64,000 bases of DNA from Blastocystis sp. Blastoise (lineage: Eukaryota > Protista > Bigyra: Opalinata), in NCBI GenBank assembly GCA_039096225.1, contig JBBPEB010000009.1, forward strand, positions 186,001-250,000, read 5' to 3'. The number at the start of each line of letters is the position of its first letter. The stretch's first letter is position 1. The notes under the pieces were generated by a model. It saw nothing but the letters and a program-made list of their open reading frames with translations, was not told the DNA's origin and ran no database searches. The translations under genes and the position numbers were made by a program. Shown piece after piece: positions 17,634 to 31,574 of this stretch.

Positions 17634-19213
17634 TTAAGCATTCATGCCATTAGGATAGCCACCAAATTTTTTGTCTTCTTTCTTACAACAATACATACAA
17701 GCCATAACAGTATATAATATCTATATATACATAGAGAGATATATACAGTAAAATATAGAAATGAATAAGAGAGATAAAAGAGAAAAGAAGAATAAAAACA
17801 TAATCAATATTAATATAAATATACATAGATAATACAGGCAACTATAGCGAGAATAGCACATGTAGTGTAAAAACCAGCTGTTCTGTATATATATTAAGGA
17901 AAATATTTATATATTATAATGATTATATCATTCAAACAGGTATATTTTATATATAATAAATAGGTTTATTTGATAATAATAGAATAATAAAAAAAATATT
18001 TTGATATTAGAATAATAAAAAAAAAACATTTGATATTAGAATAATAAAAAAAAATATTTTGATAATAATAGAATAATAAAAAAAGAAACATTATTGTTTG
18101 ATAAAAATAGAATAATAAATATTATTCTATATAATAATATATAGCAATATTATAATAAACATAATATAAATAGGAGAGGATATCTTTGCAATAGGAATGA
18201 TACAAGGAGTAGTAGAAGCAGAAGCATTATCACAAGCAGAAGAAGCAAACATAGTATTCTTACCATAAGCATCATCATAAGAAGCTATACCACAACAATT
18301 ATTATCAATCTATATATATATAATTATAAATATATTCTTTTGAAAAATGTTTATTTGAAAAAAAATAAATAATAAAGCACTAAAAAATGATATATTCTAG
18401 ATATACAGAGAATTTCTTATAGACTTCTAAATAAGCTTCATTCATTTCAGAATAAGCATAAAGTTTGTCTTTAATATCTATGATATAATCTACCATAAAA
18501 TCATTTGTTAAATCCTATATAAAAAAAGTATATCACGTACAATAAATAGATTCTAATTTAAAATATATGAATATAAAGTAAAGAATAAAAAGTAAACTAT
18601 GTACACTAGAAGCAGCAGTATAAGCAAAACTATTAGCAATAAAGACGACAACGAAAATGATAGATCCTAGTATACCACAAATAGTGAAGAAGATAGTCTA
18701 TATAATTAAAGATTAATGAAGAATGAAAACTATGAGTATCATTATATATCTTATAACTATATACAAAACCGTTACAACAGTTGCATCCACATTTTACAAT
18801 TGCAGAACAGATCAAAACTCCAAGAGATGCAGAAAAAAGAACCCAGAATAAGCTAAAAATAATTTCTTTTAGTAAATACTGTTTTAGTACTTTGTTTAGT
18901 ATAGATATATTTATTTTTTAAATATTTAAAAAGCAAGATGATAATTAGTATAAATACTAGGAAACAGCTGACCAAATCATGAGGGTCTCCTGGTTGTAAG
19001 GATTCTAAATAATTATAATGTGATACGTAAGACATATATATATACGCTTGCACCAACAACAGCAGCGACGATAGCAATGACTAGGAATACGCCTGTAGCA
19101 ATTCCAGAGATAATAAGCATCTTCTTCAAAAAGTTATCCTCTAAGGAAATAAACAATAAAGTATGTAATTATTATGTTTTATCATGTAACTATATACTAG
19201 TAGCCGCGGCCAT
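17634..19213 (-). CDS. Tetraspanin-like protein, paralog 2
   Basis: Colinear with paralog 1 (IVKCGCNCCNGF, NNCCGIASYDD, CCKKED). AT-AC intron at the homologous position. Confidence 0.8.
17885..18183 (-). other. U12-type AT-AC intron
   Basis: 5' ATATCCTCT, branch TTTCCTTAAT, 3' ATATAC. Joins PIAK|RTAGF in frame. Confidence 0.9.
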
Positions 19214-20136
19214 TTTATAACGAATACAACAAATAAATAAAATATGTATGAAAATGTAAATGAAAAATTTTTAATGGGTATCTTTTTGAACTAATCGTGG
19301 ATTCGACTAAAAAGCTTGAAAGTTAAGGGGGGCTGGGGAAACTATGGAAATAGACATAAGCCATCATGACAGATCTATGTTTTATTCGTGACTTTTTTAA
19401 AGAATTCCCTTGAAATATAGATTTTTCAACATTTCTTCAAATCCACGATGAAAAGAGTCGGTTTTTTTGTTTAATGAAAAACAAGACTGATTTCTTTTTT
19501 GGTGACTTGATATTATATCGTGTAGACGCGTCAAATAGTTTAACGCATTTGATTGAATATCTCCTCTTTTTATCCAATATATACAGTAAAGATGTCAGTA
19601 TATTTAATAGTGAAATAAATGTAAAGCTGCAATTCAAAAAGAGTCAAAGGATATGCATTAAAAGAGAATAGTGGTTTGTCTTCAAGATATACGACAATAA
19701 CAAACAATACATTAAGAATGAACTAGAAATGAATAACGAAGAAGAAGGCAAAGGCAACTAACAAGAAATGAGAAGTAGAATAATTTGAAAGATAACAAGC
19801 TACGAATAGTGTATTGACAATAAATAAAGAAGAAATACAAAAAAAAAAAAGTGGAAAAAGAGAATAAAAAAATGAAAAACAAAAGAATCTCTACAACACA
19901 AATAAAAGAAATGATGATATATATTATTATTAATAAAATAAACGAGAATTCAAGTGATTTTCAATAACCAAGAAACTATTAATTAGACTATATTTATAAA
20001 AAAAAAATAGAAAACGGTAATGAAGAGTATTATATACATATATAGAGTTCAAAGAACTTTATAAAATAATAATAATAAGTTAAAAAATAAATTTAAAAAA
20101 AAATGTATTCTAAATAAAAAGTTAAAATAATCAATA

Positions 20137-21064
20137 TTAACGATTCCATTTTTGTGCTGTAAAGGATCCATTCGATGTCGCTAAAGACGCAACAAAACGA
20201 CCAAAACCCATCTCAGCATTCAATCTATAGATTATATATATGAAATAATAATTAGATAAATATGTTAAATAAAGATTTATATTTATATACATAATAATAG
20301 ATAAAAGAAAAGAATAATTACAATAGATAAATATATTAGAATAATATATAAAAAGTATAATAATAAACAATAAATATAAATATATACTCTTCAACGGGTG
20401 ATGTTTGAGAAAGAAAGCTATTATCGTCATTATGTTCTATCTTATTAATCATACGAGCGATTTCTTCCGAATCTTCATCATGAAGAATACTGCTCTTCGT
20501 TCGACTTTCACTATGTGTTCCATTCTGTGTCACTGTACGTATATGAGAATTAACAGGAAGAGAAGAACTAATATTCTTTCTCATATAACTTCTATTTGTT
20601 ACTGTATTTGCTATAGATATAGGAGCAGTTCTTGGAGACCGAATAGATAAAGAAGGAGATGGAAGTTGAACACGTTTTTGATTTAAAGAAGTTGATTTTG
20701 AATGTGAATATGATTGACTATTCATTGTAGCAGCAGTTAAAGCACTAAATGAAGGAATTGATTTATTTGTATTTGTATATGTATGCTCATCAAAAGTAAA
20801 GGCAGAAGGAGGCAATGAACATCGTGAATTACTTATTAATGGACGAATAGGAGCTGATATAGGAGAAAAAGATTCTGGATTGATATGATTAGATGAACGA
20901 GTTTGAATGGGTGCACTACTAGAATAAGAATCAATAATAATTAAAATAAATAGAGAAAGGTAATAATAAAATGATGAATATATATAAAAAAAAACGAATA
21001 ATAATAAAATTAATAAATAAAAAATTATATATATGCATAATTATGAAATATCAACTATAAAATT

Positions 21065-21138
<74 letters not shown>

Positions 21139-23718
21139 TACTTGATTTTTAGTTCACGCGAGTTTGGAGAAAGAGTTGTTAATGAAGTATCAAAAAAAGA
21201 GGACGTACTGTCATTATGTGCCAAAGGTGATGGTGTTTCAATGATAAGTGAGGTATTAAGAGGAATAGTAATAGAAGGAGATGGAGACATAGAGAGAGGA
21301 GTCAACGTAGTCGAAGATGTGATTGAAGAGGGAGTATATTGATAAGCTATAGAGTATTATATTTATTATTATATGTTTATTATTATATTTATTATATATT
21401 TATTATTATGTTTATTATTATGTTTATTATATATTTATTATATTTTTTATATTTATTATATTTATTATGTTGATTATTAATATATACATATGGGTGGAGG
21501 TGTGAGTTGACTTAAATATTTAGTATTAACAGCATCTTTATATGATTGAGATAATCGCTCTATATCTGCGATTCCCGTGGTAAATACGGAAAAACAATAT
21601 CTATAATAAAAATAGTATATTAAGAACATAATATATAATAATAAAAATATTATAATAATAAATATATTAATAAAATAAATATATAATAATAAAAAGTATA
21701 ATAATAAAAATACTCAGCATTTTGTGTATTAATATGAAAGAAATCATATGTATTTATAAATAGTATATTTGCATAAACAGAAGAAGGAGCAGCAAGTAAG
21801 ATAGTTAAAGAATATAATGGGAAGATTTCATCAGCTGTTAAAATAGACTGTTTCCTTTCTATATAAGTATATATATATATATATAAATATATATAAATAG
21901 ACAAATATATATATATATAAATATATATATACCTTCAATAGGTTGATCTTTATTGACATGTATATCTACTGCTTTAATAATTCGATTCATACAATCTTCA
22001 ATAACCTATATAGATTTAATATTATATATATATATAATGATAATTATGCATATATATATACAGATAATTTAGCTTTAACTGTTTTATAGATATTAATTTC
22101 TTGTAATCGAATAATAGCATCCCCCAATTCATCGGGACAATAATACTTTTGAGGGATCTCAAAGAGGGACGGAGAAATACAATTGTGACTCTATAAAATA
22201 ATATAATATATTTTAAAGTTATTAATAGAAAAATAATAAAAATAATAAATAGAATAAATAGAATATATATAAAAATAATAAAAACAAATATAATAAATAT
22301 AAATATAATAAATTTAAACAGAATAAATAGAATAAATAATAAATAAAATAAATAGAATATCTATATATACTCCTAAATAACTAAGAAGTGTTTGAAATAT
22401 TTTCTCTTGTGTTCGACAAATTTCTTTTAAATTAGCAAATATCTAAAATAATATATATACATATAAAGAATTTATTTTAGAAATAAAATATATACTTTTT
22501 TATATATATCTTGCATAATATAGCTTTCAATACATTGTTTCAGCAGTAATTGTTTCTTTTCGGATTTCAATGCTTTCTGCCATTTTCTATTATTTCTCTT
22601 AATAATAGTATATGTTTCTTCAATACATTTCTTGATTCTTAAGGCACTATCTTTAACACATACTTCAGAAGGAGGGAAATAATATGGATTATTAAACTGG
22701 TATACATGTTAAAAATACTACTTATATTATTATATGTAGAATAATATATAAAATAATATATAAAATAATATATAAAATAATATATAAAATAATATATAAA
22801 ATAATATATAAAATAATATATATAATAATATATATAATAATAGTATAAAATAATATATAAAATAATATATATAATAATATATAGAATAATACTTTAAATA
22901 ATAATATCTATCGTTATATAATAATAAATATAAATAGAATAATAAAAGATATCCAAATAAAGTCATCCATATATTCCAACGCTTTCTTATTATCTACATC
23001 TACTTCCAAAAAACTCTTCATATCTATAATTATATTCAAATTATATTATATATACTATAAATCATGATATATATACTGTAAATTGTATCATTTAAAATAT
23101 ATAAAATAAAATGATTCAATAAAAAAACACAAATAATATTCACAACTATTTACCTTCTGGACTTCGTTCTATATTGAAATAACTAAATCCATCATCAGCT
23201 TCAATCTGAAATTTTCCTTCTAACGGATATTCTAAGCATAATACTTTGAAAAATTGACATTTTGTATTCACAAATTGTTCATCAAATAATATATTTATAT
23301 TACGTTCCTCTGAAAAAGAAGAGCCATGATAATTATCTTTCTAAAATATACATTCATAATTGATTATAATTTATTTAAAAAAAAAACAAAATTTATCTAA
23401 AAATATATACATATGTGTGTATAGATCCATTTTTCAATTCAAGACTTTTGTGAGAAAGTGTAACATATTGATCTCGATATAAACAGCTCTTATAAATGAT
23501 ATGAGACATGATGAGACTTTTATTAATGTAATCTGTTCTCAACGTTTTACGACAAGGAATACAGACAATCCATTCTTTTTCTGGAGCATCATCATAAATA
23601 TTCTATAAAACAATAATTAAATGTGTTTTAGTATATATCATACTGGATAGTATTCTTTCAATGCAATAAAGAATGGATTTGTTAGGAGATTTTCATTATA
23701 AGTAACATTGTCATGCAT
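20137..23718 (-). CDS. VARP/ANKRD27-like VPS9-domain Rab GEF without ankyrin repeats
   Basis: N-terminal YNENLLTNPFFIALKE and ILFDEQF...FKVLCLEYPL resemble the ANKRD27 N-terminus. VPS9 core LTADEIFPLYSLTILLA...EYCFSVF. Ser/Thr/Pro-rich tail. Confidence 0.8.
22700..22952 (-). other. U12-type AT-AC intron
   Basis: 5' ATATCTTTT, branch TTTTTAAC, 3' GTATAC. Joins DDFIW|QFNNPY. I found no usable GT donor nearby. Confidence 0.8.
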
Positions 23719-24532
23719 CTTTGAATTTGAATAATAAAAACAAGAGATGAAAGGAGAGATGTCACTCAATAAAACCTTTGATTCAACGAATACCTTGTGA
23801 TCAAGAGGAAAACCTTCTTATAAATGCTTTGAAATTAGGGATTGTATTGACTTTTTTTTGTTCTACGAAAACAAACTGGAATACCCACGGGAATATAAAA
23901 ATCGTAAGGACACAAATTGATGACGACATTATGTGTCTTTAAGAATAATCATTTTTATGGAATGAACGATTTCTAGAATCAACCGACACTTCAAAAAAAT
24001 ATTTCCTTAGTTTTCATTGGGTTTCACATATTCGTTAGAATCTTCATCTTCGTTATTCTTAGATGAGAACAATTATTTTGCTAAAATGCACTAGAAACAT
24101 GACATATATTGATTCGTAGATATCATTAATATGAGTTATATTATTGTATGTTAATCACACATTGTTTTTGTCTGTATATTATGAAATGAAATATTTTGTT
24201 GTTGCATTCTATAGTGTACAACGTTATAACAAAGTTGTATATGTTTTTCATGATTCTGTCAAAAAGAGTTTAATTAATAATTGCATATTTTTTTAATGAT
24301 TTCTTGAAAAAAGTCAATGTTTTGTATGTTTATATATGAATTGAAGAGTGATTGAGTGAAGTCAATTTTTTATGCAAGAAAGAAGAAAATGATAATAATA
24401 ACTTTTCATACAAAATATTTTATTTCTCAAATTGTTATGATCTCTTTGACCACTACTTATCTTTTTCATTCAAACAAAACACTATCAATAGCTAAATAAT
24501 TTTAAAAAACAAAAACGATTATGTTTACATAC

Positions 24533-25219
24533 TTAAGAATGTCTACTATGATGATGATGATGATAAGAAGAAGAAGAAGAATTTCTATGATGGTTTTTAT
24601 CTCTACTTATATCATATCGATCTTTTTCTCTATCTATACTTTGTTCTTTATATTTGTTTCTATATATATCTTGATCTTTATGTATATCTGAATAATGTTT
24701 ATCATTTGATTGATATTCATTCTCATGATGTTGTGACGAATATGAATCTCTATTTTTATCGAATTCTTTCCTTCTTTCTCGACTTCGATCTGTTGAGTAT
24801 CTATCTGTTCTATTCGAATTCTTCTCTTCATAGATATTTCTATAATAATCCTTAGAATTATCTCTTCGATTAGAATTTCTTTCTCTTTCATTTTTATCTT
24901 CTTTATAATTTATGCTTCTTTCTCTATTATTATTTGGACTCTGATTTTTTTCTCTATAATAATTATCATTTCTTTCTCTATTATTATTTGGACTCTGATT
25001 TTTTTCTCTATAATAATTATCATTTCTTTCTCTATTATTATTTGGACTCTTATTTCTTTCATTTCTATCCTTATTACTTCTACTTCTACTTCTAGTAGTA
25101 TGATTTGTAGATATACTCGAAGTAGATTCTATAGAAGGAATAGAATAATAAGATATATTATCTAGAATAGAAAAGTTATACATTATATATAGTACATACT
25201 ATTATTATTATTATTAATA

Positions 25220-25256
<37 letters not shown>

Positions 25257-26275
25257 AATTTCGTGATGACCTATACAATTATATCAAAAACAGATATAAA
25301 ATTATATTAATAACATAAATATACAATTATATTAATAACATAAATATACAATTATATTGATAACATAAATATTTAAAAAAAAATGTCTAACAAAACAATA
25401 TATATATAACATTAACAAACAATACAAAAACAATATATATAACATAAATAAACAATAACAAAAACAATATATATAAAATAAATAAACAATAACAAAAACA
25501 ATATATATATATATACCGATCTCTATTAAACAATTGAGGATCAAAAGGAGATCGAAAAGGTCGTTGACGACCGCCAAATCGTAATTGACCACTTTCTTTT
25601 TTCCCGCCTAAACCTCCACCAAAGCGTCTTGGCTTCCATCCTAAACATTAAAATAATACATCTAAATATATTTGAAAAACATACCTTCCATAATTCTTTC
25701 TCTTTCATAATCAATGAATATCTGAGAACCATTCAAATAAGTATTGTGAATAGCATAGAATGCATCTTCCATATCTTTTTCATGTTCAAATGTAATAAAT
25801 GCATACTGTTTTGAAATTCCAGTCACTAAATTAATAGATTCAAACTATTCTATAATATACCTATATCACGAATCACTTTACATTGCGAAATTCGTCCATA
25901 TTTTTTAAATAACGGTAATAAATTATCTTCTGTAGTTTCAGGACTATATATTAAACAATCAATTTCTATTTCAATATAAAGGATACCTTAGTCCAAATAC
26001 AAAAAGAGTCAGTTCAGGTCGGACTGATTCACTTTCATTGAAAACACAAGAATCTACTTTAATTATAAACTATATAAACCATATTTACATGTTGTTTTTA
26101 ATGCTCTATTTAATCCCTTATCATGAGCAATGACATCTGTTCCATCGATACTTCCATTTCTTATTGGATCATATTCTGGAAGATACCTATGTAAATAAAT
26201 AAATTGAGTACCAACAAAATCAGATAGTTTAATATACCAATAACCCATATTTCTCTTTCCATAAGAATAGGACAT
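24533..26275 (-). CDS. SNRNP35: U11/U12 snRNP 35 kDa protein (minor spliceosome)
   Basis: [19 protein letters not shown] (TLFVFGLS...[13 protein letters not shown]) and [33 protein letters not shown]-rich tail. Confidence 0.95.
25944..25986 (-). other. Probable U12-type GT-AG intron within SNRNP35
   Basis: 43-nt intron with the exact U12 donor GTATCCTTT and TGTTTAAT ending 6 nt before the intron 3' end. Confidence 0.7.
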
Positions 26276-26702
26276 GATTTTATTTTTGTTAAAAATAACA
26301 TGTTTTATATATTTTTTATTGACCTATATTTTTTAGAAATATAACTATTGTTGACAAATGCTCCTTTAGCTTAAATATAGTTATGATTTTATGTAGACGA
26401 AGAACATAAATGATAATTAGACTGGAAATTTTCTCTTAAAAATATAAAAAAACAACAATAAATCAATCTAGAAATAGTTTAATAATAAAATGTATATTAA
26501 TTTATAATTATCACTATGAGTTTTATTAAAAATGTAAAAAAAAATAATACCAGTAATCACTCAATATACATATATACATGTAAAAAAATTGAAATGAAAA
26601 GAATAAAATGTATGAAGAATATAAATAATAAGAAAAGAAAAAAAAAGACACCGAAAATAGCAAAAGACTTGAAGAGTATACATAAAGACAGAATAAGTTG
26701 AT

Positions 26703-29021
26703 TTACCACCAGAAAGGTGTCTGGATTTGTCTGAAGCTTTCTGACTTTTTCTTATATACACATAAACCATACACTTCATGGCCAACAACATAATTCGTTG
26801 GTTGTAATCTATATAAGTAAATAAATATTTATACTAAAATGAAAAACGTAGAATAAATATATAGGTTCTGTTTATAATAATAATATATTAATATATATAT
26901 AATGTATATATACTCTTCTATAAGATCTAGATGTTTCTTAATAAAATCATAATGAGGTCTGTCTGGATCTCTACAGTCATGCACAAAGAGAACACCCTCT
27001 GGACTCAATTTCTCAGCATACTATATATAGATGTGTATATAGATATATACATAGTAATACTTATATTTATAGCAATAGTAATATTTATGTTAATAGTAAG
27101 AGTAATACTTATATTATTATTAATATTTAAAAATATAAATATAAACATATAAATATAAACATATATAAATAGATATATATAGGTCTTCATACTCGTACAG
27201 CTATTTGAGGTCTCAGTTTTCCGTCTAAAATAATGGCATCAATTGGTTCAGAGACTGTACTTATATAATCATAATACGATCTATAACTGAAGATATTATC
27301 AAAACCACCAATCTTTCTATATATATATAAAGGAAATAGGAAATTGTCAAGATTATATATTAACATATATATCTATACGAATTGCCGGTAGGGTCAAAAT
27401 GATGAATCTCATAATTATTATACTTGGAGAGAATAGGAAGGGACTTTCTATATATATATATATTAAAAATTATTATATATATATATTATAAATTATTATA
27501 TATATAATAATTATAATAAAAAGAATAATAATAGAATACAATAGTAATAAACATAATAATAATAATACTATGAATCATCTATATAAATATATCTTCTATA
27601 CTCATAGGCTAAAGTAGATAGAGTAGTAATATCGATGTGTTTGCAGAGAGGGGCAAGTGATCCTGTGACTAATTGTTGACCCATATATATACATCGACTC
27701 TTCTTGGGATCTAAATACTTTGCAAATAAATAATATTCCTCATCCGTATATAGATCATCATAGTGGATATTATTACTAGATCGTCGTGGAATCAATCGAA
27801 TGGTATTACTACTTGTATAATCTACAAGGATATATTATATATATATATAATGATATTTTAGTATGGAAAATAAGTTTATTAATATATTATGAAAACTTAA
27901 TAAAAATATTTATATATTTAAAAAGAATCCAAAATAAATCTATATATATACATACCTAATTTATATTTCAGATTAATAGTTCTACCATAATACCATATTT
28001 GACCAATTCGATCCAAATTATACCGCGCATCCATATTCTTACGCGCGAAACCAGCTTTGGCGCCAAATCGATCTGTCTGATGCACACATATAACTATATA
28101 TAATAGTGTAAATAAGTATAATAATAAATATATAATTAATAGAATAAATAGAATAAATATATAATATAAATATAATATATATATACTACTATTAGTGGAG
28201 TCAATAGTCGTGTGAGTGGCCTCTAATCTCCATACTATTTCTACTATATAATTATCATATCCCGGTCGACCTATAACTACATTGGCCATCGATTGCCAAG
28301 GGAAGGTATTCTTTGTAAAAATGAAATAATCCTATATACATATGCATATATATACACTAAGAAAACAGAAATTATTTGAATAATAATATTAATAAATATA
28401 TAAATATAAATATTCAATAATCAAATAGAATGATTATATAATATTTTACTTCTGCATCTGTTTGGAATAGTGTTCCCTTCCTTGCTAATTTATTGATGAC
28501 GTCATCCTGTTTATGTATATCTAGTGGAAGAGTGAAATGATCGGGTAAACTCACGTTAATACGGCGACCGGTCAGAAGTACCTATATATACATATTAAGA
28601 TTAATACTCTATACTATATACATACTAATCAATATATATATATATATATACTAGTAGAAAAAAGGATTATATTAATAAAAGAATAATAATAATAACTATA
28701 TTGAATACTATATAGTATATATACTTTTGGTTTAATTATATTCTTTCTTATTTGCTCCTTCACATATTCCAAGACTTCAATTATTCGACTATGAAGTAAT
28801 AAATCCCCGTTAATATATCCATAAAAAGGAGAACTATAATGATTCTCTATATAAGTCATCATAGACGCAAAGAAAGGAGTCCCATACTCATTACATCTAT
28901 ATATATATATATATGAATATATTTATATGGAATATATTTATATGGAATATATTGTATAAATATATAGAGTATACAAAACACAAAATATATATACAATACT
29001 ATATAAAATATTTAAACAAAG

Positions 29022-29052
<31 letters not shown>

Positions 29053-30918
29053 TACTCAAATTGATCATAGACATCTGCACCATGTTCTTTGGCATGTTCT
29101 TTCCATGACTCACTCTTCGTCATCACTACTAACCGTACATAGGGAGCTAACGCCGTTAACGCTCTTAAACTGTTTTCTTGAATATGAATCTTATTATGAT
29201 CCTATATATATATATATACTAAGAATAGGATAATAAATATATACACCAGTATCAATATAAGTAGTCGCTAATGTCAGAATAGGTCTATATAAATAGTATT
29301 CATAAATAATCATATAATATATTTATATAATAGAATATCAATAAAAAATATTTTATAAATTATATATATATACTCTTTGTTGTTTGCCTATTGAAGATGT
29401 ATTCATATAGAAATATAAACATAAAATATAGAGTATACAATAAATATAAATAGAATAATAATATAATAAATATAATAAATAGAATAATAAAATAATAAAT
29501 AGAATAATAAAATAATAAATAGAATAATAGAATAATAATATAAGCATAATAAATATAATAATAATATAAGCATAATAAATAGAATAATAATATAAGCATA
29601 ATAAATAGAATAATAATAAACATAATAAATAGAATAATAATATAAACATAATAAATATAACTTACACTTCTTAGTAATGATTCTGCAGATTGTTCATCCA
29701 TAAACACTAATTTCTCTACATATATATAATAATATTATATAATATATATATAATAATATACGTTGTTTATATTGTCCCTTATAGCTATTATCATTATTAC
29801 CTTTAAGAAGTGACAATAATCCTTCAATAGTTTTCATAGCTTCACTTTTCAAAGTGTTCACTTGTTCTCCATTCATATCTGATTCATTCTTTAAGATATC
29901 ATGAACATCAATATTAGCAACAGGAATAACTTCATCTATATTAGCATCAGACATATCTGGAGGAGCAGTATTACTTATAGAAGAAGAAGAAGAAGGAGTA
30001 ATAGCATTAATAATAGAAGCTATAATACCAGTTTTCTCTGAAGAATTCTTTATTGCTGATTTTACTGTAGATCCTCCAATAGAATCACTTGAAATAGGTT
30101 TCACTACTTCAGATTGAATAACTGAATTCTTATTAGAAGAAGAAGAAGAAGTTTGAGTACTATCTTTAGTAGTCATACTATTACCAGATATATTACTTTC
30201 GGACTGAATTAATCCTTGGATATTATTATCTTTAGATTCAGATTTAGAATCCTTTGTACCATCAGTCTCTATACTTGCTAAAGGAGCTTGTTCTTTTCCA
30301 TCAGATTGATTAAATTCATCTATTTGATTTATTTGATTCGATTCATTTATTTGATTTATTTGATTAGATTCATCTATTTGATTTATTTGATTCGATTGCT
30401 TATCCTTATTTAATTGAGATTCTGTCTTTGGATTCTGCTTCAAATCAGAAGAAGACAAATCTTTATGACTAGGTCGAGAATTGATTTCATCAATCAACTG
30501 CTGATTTATAGCATCTGTTGTCAAGACAACAGTACTCGATTTCTTTGATGTACTTTGACTGTCTTCAGCACGAATAAAACGATCTAAATATATATAATTA
30601 AAAGTGAAACACAAAACTACTGATAAATTCTTACTGTTGTTACGTTTAGCAGTCATTTCATAATATTTCTATATAGTTGGAATCAATGTAATAATAACAA
30701 TATATATATTATATACGGATTTCACCATGAATTCATCCTAAAAACATAAGAGTATAAAAATAAATATATTAAATACCTCTTTTTGGTCAACAGATGTAAA
30801 TCTAAGTGACTATATATAATAAATTAAACTAAAAGTAATCATATACAACAAAAATCAACGTTGTTACCGAGATAGAAACAATCAAAAACAGAAAAAATTG
30901 ATAAATACGTATCCTCAT
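26703..30918 (-). CDS. Type II membrane glycosyltransferase-like protein fused to a C-terminal SAM-methyltransferase-like domain
   Basis: N-terminal TM and S/T-rich stem. GT-A-like core (PILTLATT, NEYGTPF, FYGYINGDLL, GRPGYDN, CVHQTD). C-terminal IDAIILDGKLR...LSPEGVLFVHD resembles a class I MTase. Confidence 0.7.
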
Positions 30919-31380
30919 TAGTAGAATATACAAAAATAAATTTTAATAATGTAAAAGTGAACACTTGATACTATTTTGAAACCATTTTGATTAAAATATT
31001 TTTTGTTTTGTAATTATGATCATATTCATGGGAAAATCACTATTCGTAAAAATAAAACAATTTTAAACTTTTTGAATGATTGTGATCAATTCTTTCTATC
31101 ACTGTAATTTAAGTTGAGTATTTATCGTAATATACGATGTTTCTTATTGTCAATAACTTATTGTTACTATACATTAATTTCAAGTTTATTATGAACTCAT
31201 TATCATGTTCATTTTTTCAAATCTAAGAATATAATAACTATATAGTTATTCTGTAAGTTGGTGTATAAACTTTTGCATGAGATACTGTGAATTAGTAATT
31301 CAATTTATATTTTTAAAATAGTTTGATCCTAATTTATATATTTCAAGAGCAAAACACTTAGTTGATATCAATGGGTAAAA

Positions 31381-31475
31381 CAATAATTAAAAAGAAAAAT
31401 AGAAAACAATAATTAATGAAAAATAGAAAACAATAATTGAAGAAAATAGAAAACAATAATTGAAGAAAAAAGAAC
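31381..31475. repeat. About 4 imperfect tandem copies of a ~23-bp unit (GAAAATAGAAAACAATAATTRA)
   Basis: Directly visible, about 100 bp downstream of the Rep-like gene. Confidence 0.7.
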
Positions 31476-31574
31476 AATGAAAACTTTAACGAAAAAAGAC
31501 TATCATTAATCCTATAAAATGAGTCTAAAACAAAAAAAAATAGTTATATCAAAAATAAACTATATAACAAAAAG

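Noticed and set aside
31381-31475. Tandem ~23-bp repeats as a CRISPR array or viral iterons
   Set aside because: No unique spacers, low complexity, and similar minisatellites are common in UTRs and introns here.
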